Assembly: GCF_006345805.1 (NCBI RefSeq)
Contig: NC_042999.1
Coordinates: forward strand, 2,542,001 to 2,606,000
From: Octopus sinensis
Taxonomy: Eukaryota
DNA: 64,000 bases
Reading direction: 5' to 3'
Positions 51,051 to 64,000 of the stretch are shown one piece after another (position 1 is the stretch's first letter; every line of letters starts with the position of its first letter). The notes under the pieces are model-generated. The model saw only the letters and a program-made list of their open reading frames with translations, searched no databases and was not told the origin of the DNA. Made by a program: the position numbers and the translations under genes.

Positions 51051-52408
51051 ACGCGCACGTGAGAAAAATGCACATGCAGTTTGCATAAAAAAAAGCCAGC
51101 CTGTTTGGTGTCTCAAATTTAGGTTAAGTCAGTGTTTCTCAAAGGGGAGGCCTATGGGACGGTTGAACAAGTTGTTTTGAGAAAATTTGGTTCAAATGTT
51201 TGACAACTCAGCACTGTCAATTGGACGCGGAGGGGGGTGCGTTTTGCTTGTAAATGAATAATGATAATAGCAAAGGTAAAGTGAAGACCACATAAACAGT
51301 GCATGTGTTTATTGGCAAATTGACCGTCCCCGAGCATAACTATATCTGTTTCAACGTATGATTTCTCATCAAAAATCTTACAAAACAAATACATAAATGT
51401 ATGGAAATTTTTACATGAAATTTGGTCAAAATTCAAAAGTAACTTCTTCTAAGAAACATAATTTATTTAAATTTCATTGACAGATATGCATAATAATGCA
51501 TAACAATCTCTACTTGTTTTGTAAGATTTGACATTAAGGTTAAGTCAAGAACGTGTATTCTTCAAGTGAGCAACTGAAAATTTAATGTTCATCTGGTTAA
51601 GCAGCAAAGTATGGCCAAATACTGGTGAATCTTTTGTAAAGCCAAAGCACCTCTATTCATAGTTTAGCCACATAGTTGAAACTTTATTTCAGAACTTTTC
51701 AATTCAAGGAAAATTGACTGAATAAGAAAACGAAAAATATGTATTTCCTTTCTGCTGAACTAGAATACTATTTAAGGTGATTTCTCTAAACTGAATCTAT
51801 TAAGATTGTGTCGGTAAGATCATTATCTCGGGAGATATTTCATGAATGATTTCTTTTAGTTCTATTATGTATTTGCATAAAGAATTAGATTGTTTAAAAT
51901 TTATGTGGAAATTTAGTAATTTAGATATGAGATTCAATGTAATGCAAATATTTATAATAAATCGTCATGAGCAGAGAGAAAAGTCGGAATAAAGACAGCG
52001 GCATACATATTCATTCTTGAAACGTGAATATGCTAATCATCGTTGTATTTCTTCTATGGAGAACTATTTCTTTCAAACAAGGTGTGTTCATAATGTGATT
52101 TATTGAGGGAAGGGGACTTTGAGACGCTAAGGTGTTTCGACCTGGTTTTTTTTTTTTTTTTTTTACTTCAGTCAAAGCTACCGATGGATCGATGAATCTA
52201 AACAAGAATCGTGGCTCTTGTTTATGCAATTCAGCACAAATCATTTACTGTTGCCTGCTGATGTCTGCTGAACTAATAATAAATAAACCACGTGCATGGA
52301 GGAGAGCAAGAACCAACTTGACGATGTACATATACATTTGTAATATGGTCATTTTAATATGTTCCAGGAGATTTATCATCATCATCAGCAGCAGCAGCAG
52401 CAAGTGAA

Positions 52409-52778
52409 GGCGCAATGGCCCAGTGGTTAGGGCAGCGGACTCGTGGTCGGAGGATCGTGGTTTCGATTCCTAGACCGGGCGTTGTGTGTGTTTATTGAGC
52501 GAAAACACCTAAAGCTCCACGAGGCTCCAGCAGGGGTGGGGGCTACCCCTGTTGTACTCTTTCGCTCTAACTTTCTCTCACTCTTTCTTCCGGTTTCTTG
52601 TCCCCGACTTCCTATGCAACCGCTGAGCCTGGATGCGCATTCATCCATCCGTCGATGCTCTTGGTGTCGAGGGTTGACCTGCTTTCTCTTCTGCAGGTCT
52701 TACGAATAGCAAAGGACCACATTTCGGACTTCTCCCACTAGGACAAAGACTGCTTCGCTCAACAAACAAACAAACAAA
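52409..52778 (+). mobile_element. tRNA-Arg(TCG)-like SINE (family C, tail 1) ending in (AAAC)n
   Basis: tggcccagtgg A box, ggactcgtgg anticodon arm, ggtttcgattcc B box. Confidence 0.85.
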
Positions 52779-53044
52779 GCAGCAACAGCAGCAGCATCAT
52801 CACCACCACCACCACCATCATCATCATTATTTACCATTTGTTTTTCATGCTGTCATGGGTTGGACATTTTGACAGGAGCTGGCAAGCCAGAGGATTGTGC
52901 CAAGCTCTAGTTCTGGTTTTGCATGGTCTCTAGGGCTGGATGCCCTTCCTACTGCCAAACACTTCACAGAGTGTACCAGGTGCTTTTGACGTGGCACCAG
53001 CACCATCAGGGTTACCAAGTAACTTACAAGTCAAAGATCCCCCA

Positions 53045-53367
53045 TAACAGTCTGATCAGCAGGAAGTGTGACGTTGAGTGGGCATCACATTCACCAGACT
53101 TGAACCCTGCCAGGATAATTTTTACCAAAACAACCCTCAAATGATTGGTGAACTTAAGGCAGAAATCAGGGAAATCCCCAAAGAGGAATGTGTTTGAGTA
53201 ATTGACAATTTTGTGCAACATATGCAAGTGTTTGTGCAGCATATGCCATTTGGTGCATATTTTGAAAAGAATATGACTTTTATGCAAAGGGAATGATTGT
53301 ACACAGACCGAAGTTTATAGGATTTAATAGAATTTTTATAGGTTCTGTCTTTTGGGGTCACCTTGTA
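53045..53367 (+). pseudogene. Tc1/mariner-superfamily transposase 3' fragment with terminal repeat
   Basis: LISRKCDVEWASHSPDLNP (WPxxSPDLxP-like); ends ttttggggtcaccttgta-TA. Confidence 0.7.
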
Positions 53368-54732
53368 TAATACAATAAGCAAAATGATAATTATGATCTT
53401 GATCATGATCCTCAGCATCATCATCACTTGTATGGAGTTTATTGAGGCTGGATTTCTAGAGCTGGATGCCTTTCCTGTCATCAATCCTCATTTATTTGTA
53501 AGCAAGGTAACATTTCCCCAAGCCCAGACATGCTTCTGAAGAATATTGTAAATGAATGCACTGCTTGTAGGACAGTGACACTCATTTACAACTGTCATGC
53601 GACATCAAAACAAGGTGACACATAGGTACATATACTCACACACACACACACCGCGGGTTTCTTTCAAATCCACTTACAAGGCTTTCGAATGCTGGGAATT
53701 AAAGTAGAAGACACACCCAAGGTGCCACACAGTAGGACCGAACTGAAAACCATTTGGTTTGGAAGCAATCCTCTTAACCACACAGCCAAAATTATTAAAC
53801 TTTCATTAAAACAGTAAAAATGAAACACTCATTCTGAAGTGATGGATTCTAAGCAAGAGAAAGGTACATAAACATTTAATTAAACAACAATAATATCTAT
53901 TTCTGAACTAAGCTGTTAGCAGTTTAGCATCTTTTAGCAAAAAAGAAAAGAATACCGTTGAATAAAGCCAAATCTATTTCATGTTTCTACAGTTGAAATG
54001 CATAACACAAATAGCAATTGCTCTATATTAATTATATGGCAGTATCAAGAGAAAAATATGATGGAATAGGTAAAATTAACCCCAAGTAATAAATATATAT
54101 GAAATCAACTGGTTAGGAGGAAGTGAATAAGTTATAATAAAACTAATTACAATATAGCAGGTCTTTAAAAGAAAATTAATAAATATATAAAGATAATTAA
54201 TCATTAATGTATAATTAACAGCTAATCTTGTTTTAATCTTGCTTTGTATTAGAAAGTCTCGAGTTATTTATTTAACAAAATATTTTCAATAAAGAGACAG
54301 GCTACATATTTATTTATTATTATTTTTTTTTTTTTTAATAGCATTGTTATGTTGTCAAGGATCGTGGTAGTGGGGTGGAATTAATTAAAACTGTATGTTT
54401 AATTTCTTACTTGTAATTAAAGCAGGCAATCAGCCTGAAGGCTTTCTATTTTTGTGAATCATCTCTGTTTCTATCAGGAAATGCTAATTAGGAATATTTA
54501 TGGCTAGAAGTATATTGAGTTCTTCATAACCAGCTGATCTAGCAAGCGGGGCCTCATATCAGTGAGGGGGGGGGCGGTGCGCATTGATGCCGTCAAGAGG
54601 TAGGCCCCGAAACGGCGCGCATTCTCTCCTGATGACCCCATACACTTGCTAGCTTCCGATATATACGGAGCTTTTAACTGGTAGCACTTGATGTGCAAGT
54701 TGTTTGCAAGACATCTACACATAAACTGCCTG

Positions 54733-55113
54733 TACGGAGTCTGATCAATAAGTATCCGGACTTTTGCTACAGCAACAAAGCTAAAGCATGGAGATGCCTA
54801 CGCAAAGTTTTCCAAAAGTTTTCATCGTTCTTGACACAATCAAAGCAGATCTTATGCAACTGAATCCCGAGTGTCATTTTAGTGAGCTGAAAGCAGTTTT
54901 GGCACAAACTTGGCAGACATGTACCTCATACCCAAATCTTCAGAGATAATGGACTGAATTGAACCGTAATTAATCTGCACATCCTCTGATAATTCATGGA
55001 TAGTGATTCGACGATTCCCCTCACAGCTGCATGGATATCTGCGATGTCTTTCTCTGTTCTGCTGGTTGTGGGTCCCCCAGCACGTTCATCAATATCAACA
55101 TTTTTTCGGCCAT
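54733..55113 (-). pseudogene. mariner transposase HTH fragment with one TIR
   Basis: DGRKNVDIDERAGGPTTSRTEKDIA, MSAKFVPKL in a shifted frame; TIR tacggagtctgatcaataagtatccggac. Confidence 0.8.
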
Positions 55114-55237
55114 CATATATGCGTGTGTGTGTTTGTGTGTGTGTGCATGTGTGTGCATGTATGTATGTTTGTATATATGTATGTATGTATATATATATAT
55201 ATATATATATAAATATATATACATACATACATTCATG

Positions 55238-55270
<33 letters not shown>

Positions 55271-55398
55271 CTGACTGGCCTGGTGCAGCCTTCGGGCTTC
55301 CCAGACCCCAGTTGAACCGTCCAACCCATGCTAGCATGGAAGGCGGACGTTAAACGATGATGATGATGATGATATATACATATATACATACACACACA

Positions 55399-55631
55399 CA
55401 GGGTTGGCCAAAAATCAGCCAACAGTAAATCAAAATTCCCTTTATAATATCTGCAATTCTGTATTGACTGGAATGGAAAAATATGTCGCTCAAAAAGAAT
55501 TTCAGTTTGAACAATTTTCCTGATGTTTCATATTCAGATGCTTTTATTAAATTTATTCAGTTGTTAAACATAAATAAATCTTGGAATTAAATGATTTTCA
55601 TTTACTGTCAGCTGACTTTTGGCCAAACTTG
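55399..55631. mobile_element. Tc1/mariner-type MITE with ~32-bp TIRs
   Basis: cagggttggccaaaaatcagccaacagtaaat / atttactgtcagctgacttttggccaaacttg. Confidence 0.75.
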
Positions 55632-55640
55632 AATATATAT

Positions 55641-55852
55641 GTTCAAAATATAACTGCGTCTGTATCGTTGGTGATTTTTTCCTCTATCTTCCCTTCCTTG
55701 GATCTTTCCTTTTTCTATGTTTCTGACGAAGAGCTCCGCTCGAAACATTAAATCCTCCTTCTTTCTGTCCTTTCCTGAGCGTCCAATAATACTATACTTG
55801 TTCCATGTCATCGCGTTATTGTGTTTACTCTTTGTGTTTTCATGTTTGGATT
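55641..55852 (+). mobile_element. ~210-bp non-coding element with a hammerhead motif and a 15-bp TSD
   Basis: GUUU-CUGACGA-A-GAGC(ucc)GCUC-GAAAC-AU-U-AAAU at 55719-55753. aacttgaatatatat at 55626-55640 and 55853-55867. Confidence 0.75.
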
Positions 55853-55855
55853 AAC

Positions 55856-55891
<36 letters not shown>

Positions 55892-55990
55892 AATGTAGGA
55901 TAAAACTTTTTTCGAAAAAAGTTTTTTTCCCCAAAAATTTTATCAACGGCCAGCATATTAAAAAAATACCTTTAAAGGTTAAATTTATAA

Positions 55991-56188
55991 ACAATTCATA
56001 GATAAGGGCAAACGAAAAAATTTTCAAATGCCAAATATGCCGAAAAATTGGACCTATTCTCCATTAACCAACTTTTTTCAAGTAGCGTGCGTATTGTGAA
56101 AAAATTATATGGTTAATGGACAATATGTCCAATTTTTCGGCATATTTGGCATTTGAAAATTTTTTTATTTGCCCTTATCTATGAATTG

Positions 56189-56189
<1 letters not shown>
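55991..56189. mobile_element. MITE with ~80-bp TIRs
   Basis: acaattcatagataagggcaaa...ccattaacca is mirrored at 56111-56189. Confidence 0.75.
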
Positions 56190-56222
<33 letters not shown>

Positions 56223-56316
56223 ATATAGAAAACACCTGTCCAAATTAGGTGAATAGCAATGCGCTACTGGTTTTATAGATAGGGAATTATGTCCCTTGTT
56301 AGACATTCTTTTCTAC

Positions 56317-56703
56317 TCTAGGCACAAGGCCTGAAATTTTGGGGAAGGGGACCAGTCGATTAGATCGACCACAGTACACAACTGGTACTTAATTTATCGA
56401 TCCTGAAAGGATGAAAGGCAAAGTTGACCTCGGCAGAATTTGAACTCAGAACATAAAGACAGACGAAATACCTATTTCTTTAGTACCCACAAGGGGCTAA
56501 ACACAGAGGGGACAAACAAGGACAGACAAACGGATTAAGTTGATTACATCGACTCCAGTGCGTAACTGGTACTTAATTTATCGACCCCGATAGGATGAAA
56601 GGCAAAGTCGGCCTCAGTGGAATTTGAACTCAGAATGTAACAGCAGACGAAATACGGCTATGCATTTTGCCCGGTGTGCTAACGATTCTGCCAGCTCGCC
56701 GCC
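56317..56703 (-). mobile_element. SINE B dimer (head - unit - unit with alternative tail)
   Basis: Junction aaagaaata|ggtatttcg at ~56465-56482 is the same as in the arrays. Confidence 0.9.
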
Positions 56704-57487
56704 ATATCTTTTGTTAGATATTGTTAACAGCACATGTCAGGCAATGGGGAAGGCTATAAATGGTTGGCTCCTGGAAAGCATGGGGGTGTAATATTTGCCC
56801 CCAGGTTCCCCATGGTACAGTAGAGCTCAGACATTAATATGTAACATTTATTGTGGTATTTCTTCTTCTATAGACGATTTAACATGGGTAACAGTCTAGT
56901 AGGTCATCACTTGGTGTAAATCCACTCCTATCAGCTAAGAAGACGTTGCAGCTAATAACACACGAAATGCTGTTCTGCAAAATTAGAAAAACTTTTTTGT
57001 TTTTGTTGTTGCTAAAGCATAATTTAAAAGTTGGAGATTTAAAAAAAAATCAATTTTTACCTCTTTGATACCAACCTACCTTTGACTATTCCAGACTCTG
57101 TGATACAAACTTTTCGCTTTAAAGTGGTCTAAATTAAAACCTTCCATTAAAATTTCGTGTTAATTTATGTTATAAATGACAGCTTAATAATGACAAAGTT
57201 ATTTTATTGATGTTCCATTTGTATTAAAAAAGTTAATTCAACAAAAATAATTATTTGAATAAAAACAAAAGTCTTAATCCTTTTGATACGCATCTTCTGA
57301 TACAGCTCCTGGTTTTCTATGAGGAAATATTCCTACTTTAAATTAAAACTTCCCAACAAAATTCTGTATTAAGTTATGTTCCAGACGCCAGCTTAGTCAT
57401 CATCGTCATCATCATCATTATCATCATCATCATCATCACCTTTATGATCATCCTCAACATCTTTTAATGTCCACTTTCCATGCTAAG

Positions 57488-58016
57488 GTGACGTACCGTA
57501 AAAAAGGGAACACAAAGGAGTGACATAGAGAGAGAGGAGAAATGGAAAGACAAGAAACGACGTCAACAAGAAAGTATGACATTACAACCAGCCAGGCAAA
57601 GTCTTCACTACATTTGCGGCACCTGCCAGAGGGAGTGTTTTTTTTATTTCTTTATTTCCCACAAGGAGTTAAACATAGAGGGGACAAACAAGGACAGACT
57701 AGGGGATTCAGTTGATTACATCGACCCCAGTAATTAAGTGGTACTTATTTAATTGACCCCGAAAGGATGAAAGGCAAAGTCAACCTCGGCGGAATGTGAA
57801 CTTAGAGCACAACGGCAGACGAAATACCACTAAGCATTTCACCTGGCTTGCTAGCGCTTCTGCCAGCTCACCGCCTTGCCAGAGGGAGTGTTTGTCCAGG
57901 ATAGGAACTACACAGCCACAGCAGGAAATGTATCAGGACATGAAATGTAAAAGCCGGACTAGATTATTTTATGCACAACTCCTTTGTCTCCTGAGACAAA
58001 AAGGATGCCAACAACT
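57488..58016 (+). pseudogene. BovB-like RTE 3' end (CCHC finger plus UTR), split by a SINE B
   Basis: KWKDKKRRQQ...YICGTCQRECLSRIGxxSHSRKC and the ggatgccaacaac end. Confidence 0.7.
57641..57876 (-). mobile_element. SINE B monomer with 17-bp TSD
   Basis: tgccagagggagtgttt at 57624-57640 and 57877-57893. Confidence 0.92.
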
Positions 58017-59713
58017 ATGGGTTGCACTGTTTGACCAGGGCTGGCAAGCTAGAGAGCTACACCAGGCTCCAGTGATCAGTTTTGGCTTGGTTCCTGTGGT
58101 ATAAGTATAAATAGTGTGTCTATGTATTCGTCTGTACTCTTGTTTAGATATCATGTGATGCTTGTAAATGAGCATCATCATAATACAAGCTATGGTGTTT
58201 GCTTCTAGATTTCCATCAAAAACCTCTCAGGTGATGGGGAAATATTACCTTGCTTGTAAATAGGTGAGGAATGAAGGTGGGAGAGGTATCAAGCCATTGA
58301 AAATGCTTAGCAGTATCTCGCCAGCTACTACGTTCTGAGTTCAAATTCCGCCGAGGTCGACTTTGCCTTTCATCCTTTCGGGGTTGATTAAATAAGTACC
58401 AGTTATGAACTGGGGTCAATTTAATCGGCTTAAGCCCTTTTGTCCTTGTTTGTCCCCTCTGTGTTTAGCCCCCTGTGGGCAATAAAGAAATAGATATATT
58501 TACACTGACAGGAGAGATAGTGCTCCTAGCTTTGCTTATGAGGTGGTTCTCTCCCATATCAGGGTATATAGTTTGTGTGCTTCATGCACACTTAAGAGTT
58601 TTAACTCTGATTTCTTGCAATATAGGTGGTATTTGGTACCCTCAGCCACAATTAGCGATAATCAAATTTTTCCCATATATATGCGACAGGCTTTTATCAA
58701 TATCTATCTACCAAATTCCCTTATAAGCCTTTGGTTATCCCAGAGTCATAGTAGAAGATAGTTGTCCACAGTGCCACACTGCTGAGACTAAGCCTATGGA
58801 CTCTCTGGTCGTGACCCCACCCTCATTAGCTTTAAACATCTAGAAACCATATTCTCTCATATGCCCTCTCTCTCTAAGACAATACGATGTGATTCAAGTG
58901 CAATCTAGTTGTTATTTCTAGCAAGCTCTTTACCCATATATGTGACACATGCCACTACAACATTCCTTGCTGCAGATAACATTTTGTCTTGTTTTTATTA
59001 TAATATCACATCACAAAGGAAGATTGATGAGGTATAAAGACTGATTTTCATTATAAATCATTCTCTCAGCAGAAATATTATACAGTCAATACTTTCTCAC
59101 TTACTTAGAGGTAGCAGGTGTGTGTGTGGCGGGGTCGAGATTAAAAGATTTATTGGTAAGAACTTTTCTAACAAATTCTTCCTCATTTCTGGATTACATT
59201 GGTGAAAACTTTGGAAGCTGGATGTACGTACATCCAAGTGAATGCATGTTCTACTGTAGAAACGGTCAGCGAATTTGATGATGCTGATGTGGTGGTAGCG
59301 GTGGTGGTGGTGGTGGTGGTGGTGGTGGTGGTGGTGGTGGTGGTGGTGGCAGGATACAGATGCTACAGCAGCTTCTGCTACTTCTATTTAATCCAGCAGA
59401 TGCTGATGGTGGTGGTCAAGATGATGATGATGATGATGATCGTGGTGGTGGTGGTGGTGGTGGTGATCATGATGATGACAATGATAGCAATGATGATGAT
59501 GCACACATGCACACACACATATATAGACATATGCATACATATACATGTATGTGTGTGTACATATATGCATATAAACACATATACCTCATAGACACACACA
59601 CAATTTACACACATATAGAAACAAACTGTGTTGGCTTGTATGAGTTTGAACATGTGCACGGATTTCTATCCACACATGTACATCCATGTGTGCACATATA
59701 TGATTATATCGTA

Positions 59714-60072
59714 GCACTCCATCGGTTATGATGATGAGGGTTCCAGTTGATTCAATCAACAGAACAGCCTGCTCAAGAAATTAATGTGCAAGTGGATGAG
59801 CACTTCACAGACACGTGTACCCTTAACGTAGTTCTCAGGGAGATTCAGCGTGACGCAGAGTGTGACAAGGCTGGCCCTTTGAAATACAGGTACAACAGAA
59901 ACAGGAAGAAAAAGTAAGAGAAAGCTGTGGTGAAAGAGTACAGCAGGGTTCACCACCACACCCTGCTGGAGCCTCGTGGAGCTTCAGGTGTTTTTGCTCA
60001 ATAAACACTCACAACTCCCAGTTTGAGAATCAAAACCACGAGTCCGCTGCCCTAACCACTGGGCCATTGCGC
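59714..60072 (-). mobile_element. tRNA-Arg-like SINE (family C, tail 2)
   Basis: Same 5' half as 52409-52778 but an unrelated 3' half. Confidence 0.85.
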
Positions 60073-60443
60073 ATGCACATGTATATATTCTTTTTTTCTT
60101 TTATTTGTTTCAGTCATTTGACTGTGACCATACTGGAGCACAGCGTTTAGTCAAGCAAATCGACCCCAAGACTTATTCCTTATAAGCCTAGTACTTATTC
60201 TTTCAGTCTCTCTTGCTGAACCGCTAAGTGACGGGGACGTAAACACACCAGCATTAGTTGTCAAGCAATGTTGGGGGACAAACACAAACATATACATACA
60301 CACACACTTATATATATATATATATATATTGGTAAAAACGGTAAGATAACAAAAGAAAGAAAGAGACCTCAATATTATGTAAATAGAGGAAATTTATCTG
60401 TAAAATAATATGTGACAATTATTCAATAGCCAAGATATTTTAC

Positions 60444-60481
<38 letters not shown>

Positions 60482-60565
60482 CGGGCTTCTTTCTGTCTCC
60501 ATCTACCAAATCCACTCACAAGGCTTTGGTTGGCCGAAGCTGTAGTAGAAGACACTTGCCTAAAG

Positions 60566-60618
<53 letters not shown>

Positions 60619-61094
60619 TGTGAGTACAAGTGCATGCGTATATATATATATGTATTTCTGTACATACTGTCCATATGCATAAATATGGAAGGGACATGCT
60701 CATTCCTTCTTATAAATTACAGATTTGAAGCAATGGCTTCATACTGCATCTATCATAACTAATTTGTCTTAGAGTCTTCCTCTCAGCTCACTCATCACAA
60801 TCGTTTCTTACGCGATCAGGAGATAAAATTGGATATTTTTCTTCGTTGTCTTCTTTCTACATCAAGAAATATAGAAATCCATCTGAAAATGCAATTCTTG
60901 GAAATTTCAAGCTGCTCTTCAAAATGAAATGATAGATATGTCATGTAGCATTCCTTATTCCAAATGCAATCAATATTTTTTCCTCCCCTCGCCTGCCACC
61001 CCCAACCCCTATAATTCCCCCAATCCCCAATATTTCCCCACATGATTATAGTCGACTTTTTAAAAATGTATATTCTTTTACCTAATATATAAGC

Positions 61095-61355
61095 ATCGTC
61101 ATAGTTGTTGCCATCATCATCATCATTACCTTCTTCATCATCATCATTGTCATCATCATCCTCATCATAATCACCTTCATCATCATCATCATCATCATCA
61201 TCAATGTCATCATCATTATCACTATCATCGTCACCACCACCACCACCACCATCATCATCAACATTCTTGTCATCATTATGAGCAGCAGCAGTAGTATTGT
61301 CATCATCATCATCACCACCACTTCCACCTCCACCATCATTTCCACCACCACTACC
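61095..61355. repeat. (CAT)n/(CAC)n microsatellite (similar tracts at 13280-13447 and 59280-59500)
   Basis: Direct reading. Confidence 0.95.
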
Positions 61356-62099
61356 TTCCTCGGTATCAATTTAAACTCTACTTTGTGATAGGTTTTCTAC
61401 GGTTGGAAGCCCTTCCTGTCACCAACCCTCACCTATTTCCAAGCAATCTAATATTTACCCCATCGCCAGGGAATCATTGTTTTCACGGAAGACTGGGAAT
61501 GAAGAATTGCTTGTAAGATGACAACACTTATTTATAACTATCTTGAGATGTCAAGAGAAGGAAACACAAACATACACACACACACACACACACGCATTTA
61601 CATGTATATTCATAAAAAGATACATGCATACAAATATATATATAACTGGCCTTTTTAGCATGTAAGGAGTCCTGTCAATGGACTCCTCTTTGTGTATAAG
61701 ATAATTTATACACTTTCATATTATATCAATATATACACACACACACACATATATATGTATGTATGTATATATATATATAATAATAATAATAAATAGAGGG
61801 AATATTATTCCAAACTTACAGGGAAAAATTCAGTTTAGAAATACTAAATCAAATTTCACAAAATATAATATATATATAAATTAGAAAAAAAAACACCTTT
61901 TATCAATTCAAAATGAAAAATTAATTTACACCATCTAGAAAATTACATATGATAGAAATATCAAATATAATTTTGCACATTACTTAATCATCGATATATT
62001 ATTTTTTTAATCTTATATTTAATATTTCTATTATATGTAATTTTCTAGATGGTGTAATTTAATTTTTCATTTTGAATTGATAAAAGGTGTTTTTTTCTA

Positions 62100-62136
<37 letters not shown>

Positions 62137-62619
62137 TACATGCACACACACATATATAAACATAAAGAATGATGTACTATGAACTATTTATTTTGCTTAC
62201 ACATGTTCCAAATAGTTTAGCACAATGCAACAATTGCACATTGTAGTTTGCATATTTAATCAATCCTCCATTTGATCGATTAATTAGCTGGATCTACAGG
62301 GGATTTTATTTTTGGTTGGATGGAGACAAAAATTTTTTCTATTTATAGATATAGGAAGGGATGGAACAAATGTCAAAACCATAAACCTATTCCCATTCTG
62401 AGGAACCCAGCCCAGATACATTTGAATGCACTATAGCAAAAAGCTAGTATGTTGAGGTTAGAGGGGTAGGGGAACATAGATTACTAGTGTTCTTGAGGTT
62501 TTAATGTCTCTTACCATTTGACATCCAGATTCTATATTAAGAAATTTAAGTAAATATTCTTTAGACAATTTTCTAAATGATTTCAATAAACATTAGTATC
62601 TTATATAGGGATAGAAAAT

Positions 62620-63118
62620 CTAGAAATCATTTCATATTTATATAAATATATATATATTCATTTCCATTAATATGTTATCATAATTAGCTAGTAAGTGGTG
62701 ATTATTTTAATGAGTTGAATTAAAACAAAATGTTAGACATAATATTTACTAACCGTGGAAAAAACATTATTAATTTAGTACATATATTAGGAGTCAATAA
62801 GATATATTAAAAAGTAATGGAAGGGAAGTAATCAAGATGAACCAAGTAATTTCTCTAGATATATAGAATTATTTGCGATTATTTCATATCTATATACCCC
62901 CATTTCCATTAATATAGAATCATAATTAGCTAGTTAAAAGGTGATTTGTTTTATTAATGAGTCAAATTAAAAGAATATGTTAGACATAATATTTTCTACC
63001 CGTGGAGAAAAACTTTATCAATTTAGTAAATATATCAGGAGTCAATAATATATATTAAAAATTAATGGAAGGGAGGTAATCAAGATGAACCAAGTAATTT
63101 CCCTAGATATATAGAATT
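62620..63118. repeat. Diverged tandem duplication, two ~245-bp AT-rich units
   Basis: catttccattaatat...cataattagctag...gtaatcaagatgaaccaagtaattt..ctagatatatagaatt occurs twice. Confidence 0.85.
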
Positions 63119-63159
63119 TTTTTCCTTCCAATATAGGAGAGTATCAAGAAGAAAAAAAA

Positions 63160-63390
63160 TATATATATATATTTGCATGTGCGTGTGTATCTATGTTTGT
63201 CCCGCCACCATTGCTTGACAACCGATGTTGGTGTGTCTACATCCCTGTAACTTAGCGGTTCAGCAAAAGAGACCGATCGAATATGTACTAGGCTTACAAA
63301 GAATAAATTCTGGGTTCAATTTGTTCAACTAATGGCTGTGCTCCAGCATGGCCACAGTCAGATGACTGAAACAAATGAAAGGGTAAAGAG
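63160..63390 (+). mobile_element. SINE family A, 3' half
   Basis: Match to 2640-2853. Confidence 0.85.
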
Positions 63391-64000
63391 CATGCTAAAA
63401 TGTCAGCAATATCTTTGGTCAACACACGGTAAGATATTCCAAACATGACCTCCACATGAAAACTTTGAACATGAATTCTACAGCTTCACAATGAACAATG
63501 TCTATGGCATCTATTCTATCCAACATACTTGATCTCCCAGGAGTGCGGGATTTTTCAAATTTGCAAGCCGGATTTTTGGGTTCCAGGCAGAAGCCTTACT
63601 TTGTCTGTTGGACCATTAGAGCTGACCGCCTGATGTGGTCAGCATTCATGAGGGACTTGATGAAGTTGTTGATTAGAGCCAGCTCAATCCACCTCGGGTG
63701 AATGCCACCGCAAGTACAAGTAAGATACTTGCTCAAGGTGTCATGCTATGAGATTGAAATGTAACCACATAAAACTATTTTATCCAATGTGTCTTTTCCA
63801 GTCCTTTTCCAATAGTAGAGTTTGACTTGCGGGGGAGATTCGGCTGCTATTTTTAGCAGGTGAAATGAGTGGGCAAAGATACCCTTATTGTTTCAGCAGT
63901 TGTTTCTCACAAATGAATGTCTCTGATATTTCCAAACACTCAGCAATTAAGTTGGATGAGAAGTTGCTTCGTATCAGTTAAGTAACATGAAGAAAGGGGG

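Noticed and set aside
51131-51500. hAT element from a CAGTGTTTCTCAA start
   Set aside because: No matching second TIR or 8-bp TSD was found.
157-63701. Most ORF-track entries (YIYI, CVCV, HTHT, LLLL, IIII, MMMM peptides)
   Set aside because: They are translations of microsatellites or SINE/RTE UTRs, with no domain content.
63390-63710. Coding fragment
   Set aside because: Frames on both strands gave no recognisable motif.

Overview
This is repeat-dominated eukaryotic DNA, almost certainly from an octopus. That is an inference from the extreme (TA)n/(AAT)n/(ATC)n/(GATA)n load and from tRNA-derived SINEs resembling Octopus families; no database was searched. No complete host gene is visible; the best candidate is a short terminal exon ending in Cys-Cys at ~47.63-47.72 kb. 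Most ORF-track entries are microsatellite or SINE read-through. Real coding remnants are all mobile: a near-full-length RTE LINE (40.36-44.3 kb, minus), a 5'-truncated CR1-type LINE, two Penelope-like (RT + GIY-YIG) relics, R4/Dong, CRE and BovB-like 3' fragments, and Tc1/mariner pieces. The most interesting signals are: (1) several families of short non-coding elements with minimal type-I hammerhead ribozyme motifs, including a TSD-flanked palindromic tRNA-head/hammerhead element and an apparently intact U3-A8 core variant; (2) SINE multimers sharing one junction at three separate loci; (3) an RTE whose lesions are almost all 1-bp deletions, so it may be intact in the real genome; (4) many long fold-back structures. 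Coordinates were counted by eye and may be off by a few bases.
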